Shown here: one piece after another, positions 6,752 to 15,205 of the stretch
Numbering within the stretch: the stretch's first letter is position 1
Layout: every line of letters begins with the position of its first letter
From: a virus
Taxonomy: Duplodnaviria > Caudoviricetes
DNA length: 27,346 bases
Reading direction: 5' to 3' (one strand)
Virus record (IMG/VR): IMGVR_UViG_3300030372_001471
Coordinates: 1 to 27,346 of that record
The notes under the pieces: model-generated
The model's database searches: none
Told to the model about the DNA's origin: nothing
The model's input: the letters and a program-made list of their open reading frames with translations, nothing else
Made by a program: the position numbers and the translations under genes

Positions 6752-7092
6752 TATTCAAATTTTGCTAGATATATTTTGTCTATTTCTTTTTGAATCTCTT
6801 TTCTAGTAGCTTCTAATTGCATCATTATATTAGCTTCAAATCTTATAACTTCTTCACCTTCATCAAATATAATAATTGTAGGTACAGACTTAATCTTGTG
6901 TTCTTCTTTCATCTCAGGTTGTTCACAAATAACAACATTTGATTTCTTACATTCTTTAAGCTCTGATATATCAAAACTGTTATCATCATTCCAACTGCTA
7001 TTAAATTGCATAACAGATACTTGACTAAAAGCAACACCATAGCAAAAAAATAAAAAACCCATTAACACTAATAATATATTGCTGATATTCAT
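6751..7092 (-). CDS. Exported thioredoxin-fold protein lacking CxxC
   Basis: Signal peptide ending AFS|Q; VMQFNSSWN replaces FxAxWCxxC; IKSVPTIIIFDEGEEVIRF is the cis-Pro motif. Confidence 0.75.
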   Translation of the reverse strand: MNISNILLVLMGFLFFCYGVAFSQVSVMQFNSSWNDDNSFDISELKECKKSNVVICEQPEMKEEHKIKSVPTIIIFDEGEEVIRFEANIMMQLEATRKEIQKEIDKIYLAKFE

Positions 7093-7370
7093 TATTTTAA
7101 TTTGTATAAACGTTCATCCATTATATCTAACTTGTTTTCAATAGCATCAAGTTTCTTGCTGTTACCCATAATTGTAGTACGTACTAGTTCATCTTTTAAT
7201 TCATACTCAGTAGCACTTACCCAGTTGCCCTTTTCTAGTGCTTTTTTATTAGCATCTATATCAGCTTTTAAAGTAAAGTAAGTGCCTGAAACAGAAGCAA
7301 CTAAAGTTACTATAATTCCAATAGTCTTTAAATCTAAAGTAAATTGTGACTTTTCATTTACTACACTCAT
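7092..7370 (-). CDS. Single-TM membrane protein with C-terminal coiled coil
   Basis: TIGIIVTLVASVSGTYFTL followed by heptads (LDAIENKLDIMDERLYKL). Confidence 0.75.
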   Translation of the reverse strand: MSVVNEKSQFTLDLKTIGIIVTLVASVSGTYFTLKADIDANKKALEKGNWVSATEYELKDELVRTTIMGNSKKLDAIENKLDIMDERLYKLK

Positions 7371-7558
7371 TTGTTACAACTTTTTCTGTCTGCAATTCCT
7401 TGACTAACTATTAAAGCGATAACAACCCAAATTAGATTTGCCATTTCCCCCTCACTAATACCAACAGATGATCCGCAGGTTATAATGATTAAGGTTGCAA
7501 AAGCATACCAAAATTTCTTTGATGTTAAAATTGATTTGATTGTATTTAAAATTTCCAT
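7367..7558 (-). CDS. Small 2-TM holin-like membrane protein
   Basis: 63 aa; SKKFWYAFATLIII...LIWVVIALIVSQGIAD. Confidence 0.65.
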   Translation of the reverse strand: MEILNTIKSILTSKKFWYAFATLIIITCGSSVGISEGEMANLIWVVIALIVSQGIADRKSCNK

Positions 7559-7559
7559 A

Positions 7560-8582
7560 TTATATAATTATTAAATTAATTCCTAAATTGATTGTGTAAT
7601 TTTCTCTATTAAAATATCTCAAGTATTCTAATTGAGTGTATAACGATAATGTCTTAGTTAATTTGTAATTAGTTGTTAAACCAAAATCATAGTCGTTTGT
7701 TTCTGATCCATATTCAGTTAGTTTATGATTAACAAAGAAATAGTTACCATAAGCTAATATAAAAAAATTGTCCTGATATATGTAATAAGATAAACCAACA
7801 ACACCAGAAAGCGTGTATTGGTTTCCTAGTTCTGCTAGTTTGTTTCTGTTATAATTTGTAGGTATTGTAGAATAATATTGTTGAAATTGTGCCGTATTGT
7901 CTGCAACTATATTTCCGTTTAAAGTCCATCTATAAAATGATTGCTCTAACCTATCTAAATAACCATTATTATTTACATCCATATACCAAAATTCTTTTTG
8001 ATAACCTAGACTTTGAGCAACAGCTTCAAAATCATTATAATTAGGAAAATCGTTTTTAAAGGGATTTAAGCCATAGATAGGGTGATACCTACCGACAGCA
8101 CCAAACGTTGCTCTTATGCCATTAAAATCATGTTTTAGGCGTAAGTCTAAGGATTTGTACTGTAGGTCTATGTAACCATTGTTAGATGACTCTATTTTTG
8201 TGCTAATATGCTCACCAATATATCTAAACCAAATTTTGTGATTATCATACTCCCTGCTAAATTGTTTTACTCTTTCATATTGCAATAAGTATTCAAACCT
8301 ATCTACAGGTGATCTTTTTAGACTAGCGTTTTTTTCTGTTCCATCATAATAGAACTTAGGTTTTTTCTCATATTTAAAACGACTAAGTTTCTTTATTCCT
8401 ATAAAGTACCTGTAATTAGATTCATCAGTATTTGTTGTTTCTATTAGCTGTCCATTATTATATGAATAAGTTTCTATTGGTTGTATTGTAGAATTAACAG
8501 AACCACCCAGATAAATAGTAGAGTATTTATAGAACTGACCAAAAGACAGTAAAGGCAACAATAATAATAACAATCTAATCAT
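7560..8582 (-). CDS. Putative outer-membrane beta-barrel protein with an EF-hand-like loop
   Basis: Signal peptide MIRLLLLLLPLLSFG|Q; about 12 amphipathic aromatic-rich strands ending YTINLGINLIII; loop DVNNNGYLDRLE. Confidence 0.65.
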   Translation of the reverse strand: MIRLLLLLLPLLSFGQFYKYSTIYLGGSVNSTIQPIETYSYNNGQLIETTNTDESNYRYFIGIKKLSRFKYEKKPKFYYDGTEKNASLKRSPVDRFEYLLQYERVKQFSREYDNHKIWFRYIGEHISTKIESSNNGYIDLQYKSLDLRLKHDFNGIRATFGAVGRYHPIYGLNPFKNDFPNYNDFEAVAQSLGYQKEFWYMDVNNNGYLDRLEQSFYRWTLNGNIVADNTAQFQQYYSTIPTNYNRNKLAELGNQYTLSGVVGLSYYIYQDNFFILAYGNYFFVNHKLTEYGSETNDYDFGLTTNYKLTKTLSLYTQLEYLRYFNRENYTINLGINLIII

Positions 8583-9118
8583 TAGCCAAGTTTTATTACG
8601 TGATATGTAATATATACATCTGCTGAAAAACTACCTGTAAAATTAGCACTTGCATACATTCTTAAAGGTACATTATCAATAGTAGTACCTGCAGGACTAT
8701 TAGAAGCAACCAGATAATATGTTATATTAGTTCCTATATTACGCATATATCTATCTTCTTTATTCCAATAGTATGTGGTCTGTGAAGTATCATAACCAAT
8801 CAATAAATTGATTACACTTGATTCTGTTGAGCTGTGAGTATTAACAATGGTACAGCTTAAAGGCACTATTGCAAAACCTGAACCCTGTGCTGATACTAAA
8901 TCTTTAAAAGTACCTGCACCACCTGTCGCGTCCATAGCTTGAAATTCTGCTGTTGATACAGAAATTTTATCTGTTTGAATTAAGAATTTAGAATCTAGTT
9001 TTTTAGATGTTCCTGCACTACTACCTGTAGTGTCGCTTACATCTACAACCATATATAAATCGCCACTTCCGGTGTGGTTATTTAACGCTGATTTGTCCGT
9101 TAGTCTTTGTCCTGCCAT
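8582..9118 (-). CDS. Virion structural protein (fibre/decoration-like)
   Basis: N-terminal RLTD..AL....GDLYMVVD......GTSKK adaptor-like motif; S/T/G-rich beta-type C-terminus. Confidence 0.6.
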   Translation of the reverse strand: MAGQRLTDKSALNNHTGSGDLYMVVDVSDTTGSSAGTSKKLDSKFLIQTDKISVSTAEFQAMDATGGAGTFKDLVSAQGSGFAIVPLSCTIVNTHSSTESSVINLLIGYDTSQTTYYWNKEDRYMRNIGTNITYYLVASNSPAGTTIDNVPLRMYASANFTGSFSADVYITYHVIKLG

Positions 9119-9200
9119 TTTTATTTATTTTTTTAATATAATTTTTTAGCTTTTTAAAGTTCTCCAAACTACTAGGATAAATTCTTTTTTTAACATCCAT
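9078..9200 (-). CDS. small basic protein (40 aa, not in ORF track)
   Basis: MDVKKRIYPSSLENFKKLKNYIKKINKNGRTKTNGQISVK bridges the 9119-9189 gap. Confidence 0.5.
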   Translation of the reverse strand: MDVKKRIYPSSLENFKKLKNYIKKINKNGRTKTNGQISVK

Positions 9201-9771
9201 ATATAGTAATGTCTGCACCCTGTAAAAAACTTTTTAATCTATTGCTTCTAGGTACGTTAATATCTAAGTTCATTCCTGCATAGTAATTTCTAGTTGTCGG
9301 ATCAAGGTCTGCACCTGTATTTGTACTATACTCAGGAAAAGAGCTTGTATTATTTCTAATATAGTCAATTAAACGCTGTCTGTAAAATTCACCTGCATCT
9401 TTTGACCTGTCAATCAAAGGCTTAATATCTTCATAAGAAGCACTGTCTGATTGATCTGTAGCACCCATAATTACTATTGCATTATTTACAAATCTAAGTC
9501 TTAGGAATGGTGCTAATTCTTGAAAAGCAAATTGTACTAAAGCAGGTTGTATATAAGTTTCAACTAAGGTTTTATAAGCACCTGTTAAAGAACCACCTTG
9601 TATATCTGCTTTTAGTTTATTATCTAAATCAGTACCCAATACAGGAAGTATAAACATATCTTGTGCCAATAGTATATAAGGCATAATAATATTGTCATCT
9701 ACAGAACCGCCTAAAGCTGTATCTTTTTTTATTCTTGTTGCTGAAATATATAATGTATGTTGTATTGCCAT
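9190..9771 (-). CDS. Putative head-tail adaptor/connector
   Basis: Helical 193-aa protein directly after the portal; AQD..I.PVLGTDL...IQPALV...F.EY pattern. Confidence 0.6.
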   Translation of the reverse strand: MAIQHTLYISATRIKKDTALGGSVDDNIIMPYILLAQDMFILPVLGTDLDNKLKADIQGGSLTGAYKTLVETYIQPALVQFAFQELAPFLRLRFVNNAIVIMGATDQSDSASYEDIKPLIDRSKDAGEFYRQRLIDYIRNNTSSFPEYSTNTGADLDPTTRNYYAGMNLDINVPRSNRLKSFLQGADITIYGC

Positions 9772-9780
9772 ATCGTTATT

Positions 9781-11937
9781 TTATTTTACTCCTGGATAGT
9801 GTCCTTCATTAGGCATATTTACAGGTGCTATTACTGCGTCTTTTATTCCTCTTGGTGTTGGTGTATACGTTTTAGGTATACTATTTACTTTATTATAATC
9901 ATCTAAACCTTGACCATCTTTTAATTCTGTTCCTTCTTTTAATCTATATAAGATTACTTTCCAAGCGTGTCTACAATATACACCGCCTTTAAATTTAAAG
10001 AGGTCATAAGCACGTCCTTTGTGTCCTAGTTGTTTATTAACTCCTTCTCTACTAGCTTTATCTATATCTTCAATCCTATATACAAAACCTGCTTTAGATA
10101 AAGTCATCATATTTTTACAAAACTCTCTTGTTGACTTATTTGGTTTTCTACTCTTTTTAATATATTTAAATCTTACTCTGTAGTATGATTTATCTAAATA
10201 ACTAAAAGAATCTTCTTTGCTTACTATTTCATCTGCAAAGTTTTCTTTATCTAGCTTTTCAATTAAAGCATCCGCCCAATCTTCATAATCTTCAATAAGT
10301 CCTTCATCTTGTTCATCAACTACTTCCCATTTATCTAAGTCTATTTGCTCACCTTTTAAAGCTTCAAATACATCATTAAATTCATCATCAGATAAATCAG
10401 CTCTGACGCCTTCTATTTCTTTAACTTTCTTTTTTGCCCAAGATTGACCTGCATCACCACCCCATAACGCCCAAGCTATACGCCCTGCACTAGGGAATCC
10501 ATCTTCACCTGGTTTAAAACCCTCTGCTTTTTTATCTACTTCATGTCTAGCAAAAAAACTGTTCATTCTACTAATAGTATCTAGTGATAAATCACCATTA
10601 ATTATAGACCTTGCTCTAGCAACTGCAATCTGTGTGCCACCACGTCCATACTCTTTACGCCATTCTAAACCCTTTTTAGCTTCTTCAATCATACCTTGTG
10701 TAGGTGAAGTGTCAATATCTTTTAAGTCTTTAAATTCTTTTTTTTTTAAAGATTCTTCATTTATATCTTCTTTTGTAACGCCTTCTTTTTCTTGATCTTC
10801 TTCAGATTGTGTTTTTGTAACTTCTAAATCAATGAAATCAGCAGGCTTAAGGGTTTTAAAGTATAAGTCAAGGTTTATATTGTTAACTGCAAATATCTTA
10901 TCTAAGCCTTTTAAAAGTATGTTCTGAAAAGGAATAATAACAGTATTATTAAATAAGCTGTAAGCATCTCTTAATTCATCTGCATTGTTACCTAAACCAC
11001 CACCTTCTGCACGTATTCCAAATAGAATCGGTGATGTTACACGATGCCCTGCCAGGATTTGTGAAACGGCTTGTTTAGACATACCCTCCCAAGCAGACTG
11101 TGCGTCATTCATTTGTATAGGTTCTATAATAGGTTGTGTTTCTTTACCATCATTAAAGGTTATAAGTATTTTACCTGCGTTGCCACTACCTGAAAACTTT
11201 TGATTTAATTGTCTTTCTATAGTACGTCTTTCTTCTTCTGTTGGTACGCCGTTAGAGAATCCAACGTGCATACTAGGTGTCATTCCTGAAGTTATATTAG
11301 ATAAATGAAACTGAGCTATCTCTAATTCCATTTGAATCCAATCAGTCGCAGCTACATAATCAGGTGCAAAGCCATAAAATAAAGCAGGGTTTTTATCTCT
11401 AATCATTAAGATTTGACTAGCTTGTGTTCTGTCTTTAGTATTAAACGCTTTATATGCTCTAGGTCTATATTCTCCTTTTTTGCTTTTTGACCAATCAGCA
11501 GAGTAGTAATAGTTCTCTACTTCACCATCAATCATTTTACCTGAACGTATATATTGTGCAGGTATATGTATTATCTTAGCTATGCGACTACGATCACGAC
11601 TCCATATTACGTTTACATAACACCCACCGAATAGCTTTAAATCCATTGCAAGGTCTTTTAAGACATCTTCACCTGAATTGTGTAGTAATTCATTTAAACG
11701 TAAAAAAGATTCTTTAGTGTCTGTATTATCATCAACATTAGTTGCACTTAAACCTTCACCATAAATCATAGCACCTATTGACTTAATTAAAGCACCATTG
11801 ATAGCACTTCCTAAGAATAAGTCTAGTAAATAGTTTGGATATAAATTATCTTCACCAAAACTAACCCAGTCATGTCTTGGATCTTCTACTAAGTGAGGTA
11901 TGTTATAATGTGATAATTTTATTAAATCTAAATTCAT
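9781..11937 (-). CDS. Portal protein with two fused C-terminal domains (AWALWGG domain and MuF-like domain)
   Basis: About aa 1-370 are portal-like (FGEDNLYPNYL; DLKLFGG; GSGNAGK; ILAGHRVTSPILFGI). An acidic linker follows, then GRGGT...RMNSFFARH...AWALWGG, then REFC...KGGVYCRHAW. Confidence 0.85.
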   Translation of the reverse strand: MNLDLIKLSHYNIPHLVEDPRHDWVSFGEDNLYPNYLLDLFLGSAINGALIKSIGAMIYGEGLSATNVDDNTDTKESFLRLNELLHNSGEDVLKDLAMDLKLFGGCYVNVIWSRDRSRIAKIIHIPAQYIRSGKMIDGEVENYYYSADWSKSKKGEYRPRAYKAFNTKDRTQASQILMIRDKNPALFYGFAPDYVAATDWIQMELEIAQFHLSNITSGMTPSMHVGFSNGVPTEEERRTIERQLNQKFSGSGNAGKILITFNDGKETQPIIEPIQMNDAQSAWEGMSKQAVSQILAGHRVTSPILFGIRAEGGGLGNNADELRDAYSLFNNTVIIPFQNILLKGLDKIFAVNNINLDLYFKTLKPADFIDLEVTKTQSEEDQEKEGVTKEDINEESLKKKEFKDLKDIDTSPTQGMIEEAKKGLEWRKEYGRGGTQIAVARARSIINGDLSLDTISRMNSFFARHEVDKKAEGFKPGEDGFPSAGRIAWALWGGDAGQSWAKKKVKEIEGVRADLSDDEFNDVFEALKGEQIDLDKWEVVDEQDEGLIEDYEDWADALIEKLDKENFADEIVSKEDSFSYLDKSYYRVRFKYIKKSRKPNKSTREFCKNMMTLSKAGFVYRIEDIDKASREGVNKQLGHKGRAYDLFKFKGGVYCRHAWKVILYRLKEGTELKDGQGLDDYNKVNSIPKTYTPTPRGIKDAVIAPVNMPNEGHYPGVK

Positions 11938-11939
11938 AA

Positions 11940-12491
11940 TTAATTTGTTAAATAGACATTTTCATTGTCAGAATCATTAGTTGTATATTCAGTATATTTT
12001 ACTTCTTCAAAATTACTTACACCTGTGGCGGTTTGCCCATACATATTTACTATGCCATTATATAAAACAGCTTTTGCATTATCAGGGTTTAATTCTGAAC
12101 CTGAATCTACTTCATATACTGTAAGGTCATAAAAGCCTAAAGGGAACTCTGCGTTTCCAACCAGTATTTCACCTGTAGATAAACTTTCTGTTGAAGATGG
12201 ATTTGTACTATATTTCCAACTTAAAGTAATTTGTCTGTCAAATTTATTAATACCTGTACTTATAACAGGATAAAAACTTGCACCTCTAGTAAATATCTTA
12301 GTTTTTCCTGTTTGTTGACTTTCTAGCTTATACAATATAAACGGAAATTGAAGCGAGTAATAAGTAGTTTCACCTATTGTTACAACATAAAATACAGGGG
12401 TTTGTACAATTTTATCTGATATATTTATCTGAAAACTTGTACTATAAGCAAAAGCTGTTGATGTTTGGTTATTTATTGGTGCTTGTATCAT
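11940..12491 (-). CDS. hypothetical virion protein
   Basis: 183-aa beta-rich protein in the structural operon before the portal. Confidence 0.7.
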   Translation of the reverse strand: MIQAPINNQTSTAFAYSTSFQINISDKIVQTPVFYVVTIGETTYYSLQFPFILYKLESQQTGKTKIFTRGASFYPVISTGINKFDRQITLSWKYSTNPSSTESLSTGEILVGNAEFPLGFYDLTVYEVDSGSELNPDNAKAVLYNGIVNMYGQTATGVSNFEEVKYTEYTTNDSDNENVYLTN

Positions 12492-12493
12492 GT

Positions 12494-12589
12494 TTACTTT
12501 TTTATTCTGTCTTTTACAAGTTCACCTGATGCAGTTATTCCTGTTACAATCCAAACCTCTTTACTTTCTTCTTCTTCTTTTTTAAACAT
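12494..12589 (-). CDS. small hypothetical protein (31 aa, not in ORF track)
   Basis: MFKKEEEESKEVWIVTGITASGELVKDRIKK; overlaps the upstream stop and ends 2 nt before the next ATG. Confidence 0.5.
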   Translation of the reverse strand: MFKKEEEESKEVWIVTGITASGELVKDRIKK

Positions 12590-12743
12590 CTTTCTTCTTA
12601 GTTTTAGATTGTTCTTTTATAAACAAAGCATTTCTAACTGATTCATTAAGTCCTGCAATTTGTTTCTGTGATAGGTCATCTAAAGGTATATTTAAGCTGT
12701 CTATACTTTTACCTTGCCATTCTTTTTTTAGTTTCCAAGCCAT
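12582..12743 (-). CDS. small hypothetical protein (53 aa, not in ORF track)
   Basis: MAWKLKKEWQGKSIDSLNIPLDDLSQKQIAGLNESVRNALFIKEQSKTKKKDV, directly downstream of a late-promoter motif. Confidence 0.75.
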   Translation of the reverse strand: MAWKLKKEWQGKSIDSLNIPLDDLSQKQIAGLNESVRNALFIKEQSKTKKKDV

Positions 12744-12754
12744 AGTTGTTTTAT

Positions 12755-12782
12755 TATAAATATAAATATAAGATTATTGTTT
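12755..12782 (-). promoter_or_regulatory. Late promoter motif copy (portal/lysis unit)
   Basis: AAACA-N11-TTTATATTTATA, 11 nt before ATG 12743 and just downstream of a terminator. Confidence 0.8.
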
Positions 12783-12792
12783 TTAAGTGTAC

Positions 12793-12820
12793 AAAAAAAG
12801 GGGGCAAAAACCCCCTCTTT
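12793..12820 (-). terminator. Intrinsic terminator after the major tail gene
   Basis: Minus strand AGGGGGTTTTTGCCCCC followed by TTTTTTT. Confidence 0.85.
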
Positions 12821-12840
12821 TATCTGTTATTGAGTAACGA

Positions 12841-13434
12841 TTAAGAACCTGCTGTAATAGTTAGATTCGCTTCATCAGCTAAACCATCAAATGGATATTT
12901 CGCTGTCGCTGCACCTGCACTAGCAGGAAGCTGTATTAAAGCATTCTTTTCTTCAGCACTCCATTCTATAGTGTAACCTGTCATGTCGCCCTTAGCCGTT
13001 CCTGTTACTACAGTACCACCTGATACGTGACATCCATTGTCAATACCTAATAAGAAAACATTGTCGTTAGTATCTTGTACAAAGATTTGACTTCTTGAAT
13101 AAGCCATAAGTCTAAGCTCATTAGTCATATCATGGTCAATCTTTTGTAGTGTTACAGATAATGCCTGAGTAAAAAATGTTGTACCATTAGCATTGTCTGA
13201 ATTGATAGTAACTGTCATGCTTGATAAATTAGGCACTAAGTCATATTTGAAGACTGTAACAGTACCACCACAGCAAGACCAATTCGCAAATCCAGCTGTA
13301 GTCATTTCAGTAGTGTTTATAATAGCAGTAGCACTAACATTATTACTATAAGACTTAGCTATAAAAATTGCTTTTAAGCCACCGATCTGGTCTTTACAAT
13401 CTATTAATCTTCCTCGTGTTATATCACAAGCCAT
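12841..13434 (-). CDS. Major tail (tube) protein
   Basis: MACDITRGRLIDCKDQIGG...NGTTFFTQ...FLLG..NG...GTAKGDMTGY; follows the capsid gene and is flanked by terminators. Confidence 0.7.
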   Translation of the reverse strand: MACDITRGRLIDCKDQIGGLKAIFIAKSYSNNVSATAIINTTEMTTAGFANWSCCGGTVTVFKYDLVPNLSSMTVTINSDNANGTTFFTQALSVTLQKIDHDMTNELRLMAYSRSQIFVQDTNDNVFLLGIDNGCHVSGGTVVTGTAKGDMTGYTIEWSAEEKNALIQLPASAGAATAKYPFDGLADEANLTITAGS

Positions 13435-13458
13435 AATTATTTAATTTTAAAAGTTAAT

Positions 13459-13484
13459 AAAAGGGGAGTATATTACAACTCCCC
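13459..13484 (-). terminator. Intrinsic terminator/attenuator after the major capsid gene
   Basis: GGGGAGT-N8-ACTCCCC then TTTT on the minus strand. Confidence 0.75.
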
Positions 13485-13498
13485 ATTTAAAGTATCTA

Positions 13499-14482
13499 TT
13501 AAGTCCAAACAGATGTAGCAAATACTCCATCAGTTCCAACTGCAGTTTGTACACCCATTGCAAAGTTCATAACAATTCTTACATTGTCAGAGCCATCATA
13601 TTGATATGTAGGTATTACTCTTGCCTCAGTCCAATCTGTAGCTAGGTTAGTTCCCACTACAAGGTTTTCAGGATATGTAGCAACGATTGTATCGTTAAAC
13701 ATTCCAGGACAAACGTATATTGGGAATCCCATGTAAGTTAAAGAATTAAAATCACCTGCAGCACCCAAAGATTGAAATGTAGTAGCAGAAGATAATTTTT
13801 GTGCATATAAAGCATAAGTTTTGTGATTCATATAGAATCCGAAACCTGGCTTAGATAAAATTCCTTGTACTGAAGCAACCACTTTATCATATACTGCAGC
13901 TAAATCATCTAATATATCAGCTGTAGTAATAGCACCATCTAAATCAACTTCGTGAAAGTCTTTCATTGCAGAAGCATCTGCACCTGTTTCATCTAAAGAA
14001 CCATCATCAGATTGAAAACCAACACCAAAAGGTGATGATCCTTTCCAAATCATATTTTCTATATGAGCACCTGCTTTTGCAGCAACAGTAGACAATAAAA
14101 AGTCCTCAAATGATCCTGGTAAGTTACCATTTCTGTCCATGTTTTCACCAATCCATGTAGGGAATACTGTACCCCTACAAACTTCTTGATTTACTTTCAT
14201 GTCAGCCAAAGTAAGCACTTGCTCAGTTAAAGCTAAATTTGCAGGAGCATCAGTTGTAGAAAAACTACAAGCTGCAGCCTGAACAGGATCTGAAATTCCT
14301 AAATTAGAAATTACCGCTTTACTATTTAAACCGTCTATTTGTCTTACATACCCTTTTGCAATTGTGTCTGGAGACTTAACTGCAGCAGTCACATAAGGCA
14401 ATGCTAATTTACCTGCATAGGTGTTATCAGTTACGGTTATATTGAACTGATAATCTTTACTTAAATTATAATTTTTCGCCAT
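13499..14482 (-). CDS. Major capsid protein (HK97-fold by inference)
   Basis: 327 aa after the protease and scaffold; YAG...YVTAA, IENMIWKG, YMGFPIYVCPGM, DGSDNVRIVMNFAMG. Confidence 0.85.
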   Translation of the reverse strand: MAKNYNLSKDYQFNITVTDNTYAGKLALPYVTAAVKSPDTIAKGYVRQIDGLNSKAVISNLGISDPVQAAACSFSTTDAPANLALTEQVLTLADMKVNQEVCRGTVFPTWIGENMDRNGNLPGSFEDFLLSTVAAKAGAHIENMIWKGSSPFGVGFQSDDGSLDETGADASAMKDFHEVDLDGAITTADILDDLAAVYDKVVASVQGILSKPGFGFYMNHKTYALYAQKLSSATTFQSLGAAGDFNSLTYMGFPIYVCPGMFNDTIVATYPENLVVGTNLATDWTEARVIPTYQYDGSDNVRIVMNFAMGVQTAVGTDGVFATSVWT

Positions 14483-14490
14483 TTTATTTA

Positions 14491-15165
14491 TTATTTATTG
14501 TTAATGTAATATGCTGCCCTTTCTTTAGTAGACAGTTTCGCTAAGTCAATAGTTGAATTAAAATTATAACCTTCAGGATTGTAATTAATACCTTCCGTTG
14601 CAGGTTCGCCACTCAATTCTACTATTTTGCTTTTAAGTTCTTCTATTTGTGTCATAAGATCACCTATAACCTCAGAACTCATTTCTGTTTTTTCTTCTTC
14701 TTTAACTTCTTCAGTTTCTTCAACTACTTCAGATGATGCTTCTACTTTATCAGCTTTTAGATCAGCCACAGCATCCTCTAAATTTTGAATTCTCTTTTCC
14801 ATACCTGCCCAATCTTCAACATCCGCTTCATCATCTTCTGCCATTTCTTCTTTGTTTTCTTCAGACATTTCTTCAGAAGCTTCTACATCTTCAGCTTCTT
14901 TTTCTTCGCCTAAGTCTAAGATTTCAGATGAATCACCTATTGTTAATTTGTTGCCATTTTCCATAGTGTAGCTTCCTGCTTCTAGCGTTTCAGCTTCACC
15001 ATCATCACCAACAGCAAATACTTTAGAACCAATCATAAATTGCTCATCTTCTGTAGCAATAACACGACCGTCATCTAGTTTCATTTCAGCGTATAATTTA
15101 ACGCTATTTGATTTTGATTCGTTTTTCATTTTAATAAGATTTAAGATTTTTTCTATTGTACCCAT
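14491..15165 (-). CDS. Capsid scaffolding protein
   Basis: Very acidic coiled-coil protein between the protease and capsid genes. Confidence 0.75.
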   Translation of the reverse strand: MGTIEKILNLIKMKNESKSNSVKLYAEMKLDDGRVIATEDEQFMIGSKVFAVGDDGEAETLEAGSYTMENGNKLTIGDSSEILDLGEEKEAEDVEASEEMSEENKEEMAEDDEADVEDWAGMEKRIQNLEDAVADLKADKVEASSEVVEETEEVKEEEKTEMSSEVIGDLMTQIEELKSKIVELSGEPATEGINYNPEGYNFNSTIDLAKLSTKERAAYYINNK

Positions 15166-15171
15166 AATATG

Positions 15172-15199
15172 TATAAATATAAATTGATTATTATTGTTT
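15172..15199 (-). promoter_or_regulatory. Late promoter motif copy (scaffold/capsid unit)
   Basis: AAACA-N11-TTTATATTTATA, 6 nt before ATG 15165. Confidence 0.8.
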
Positions 15200-15205
15200 A
15201 CTTCT

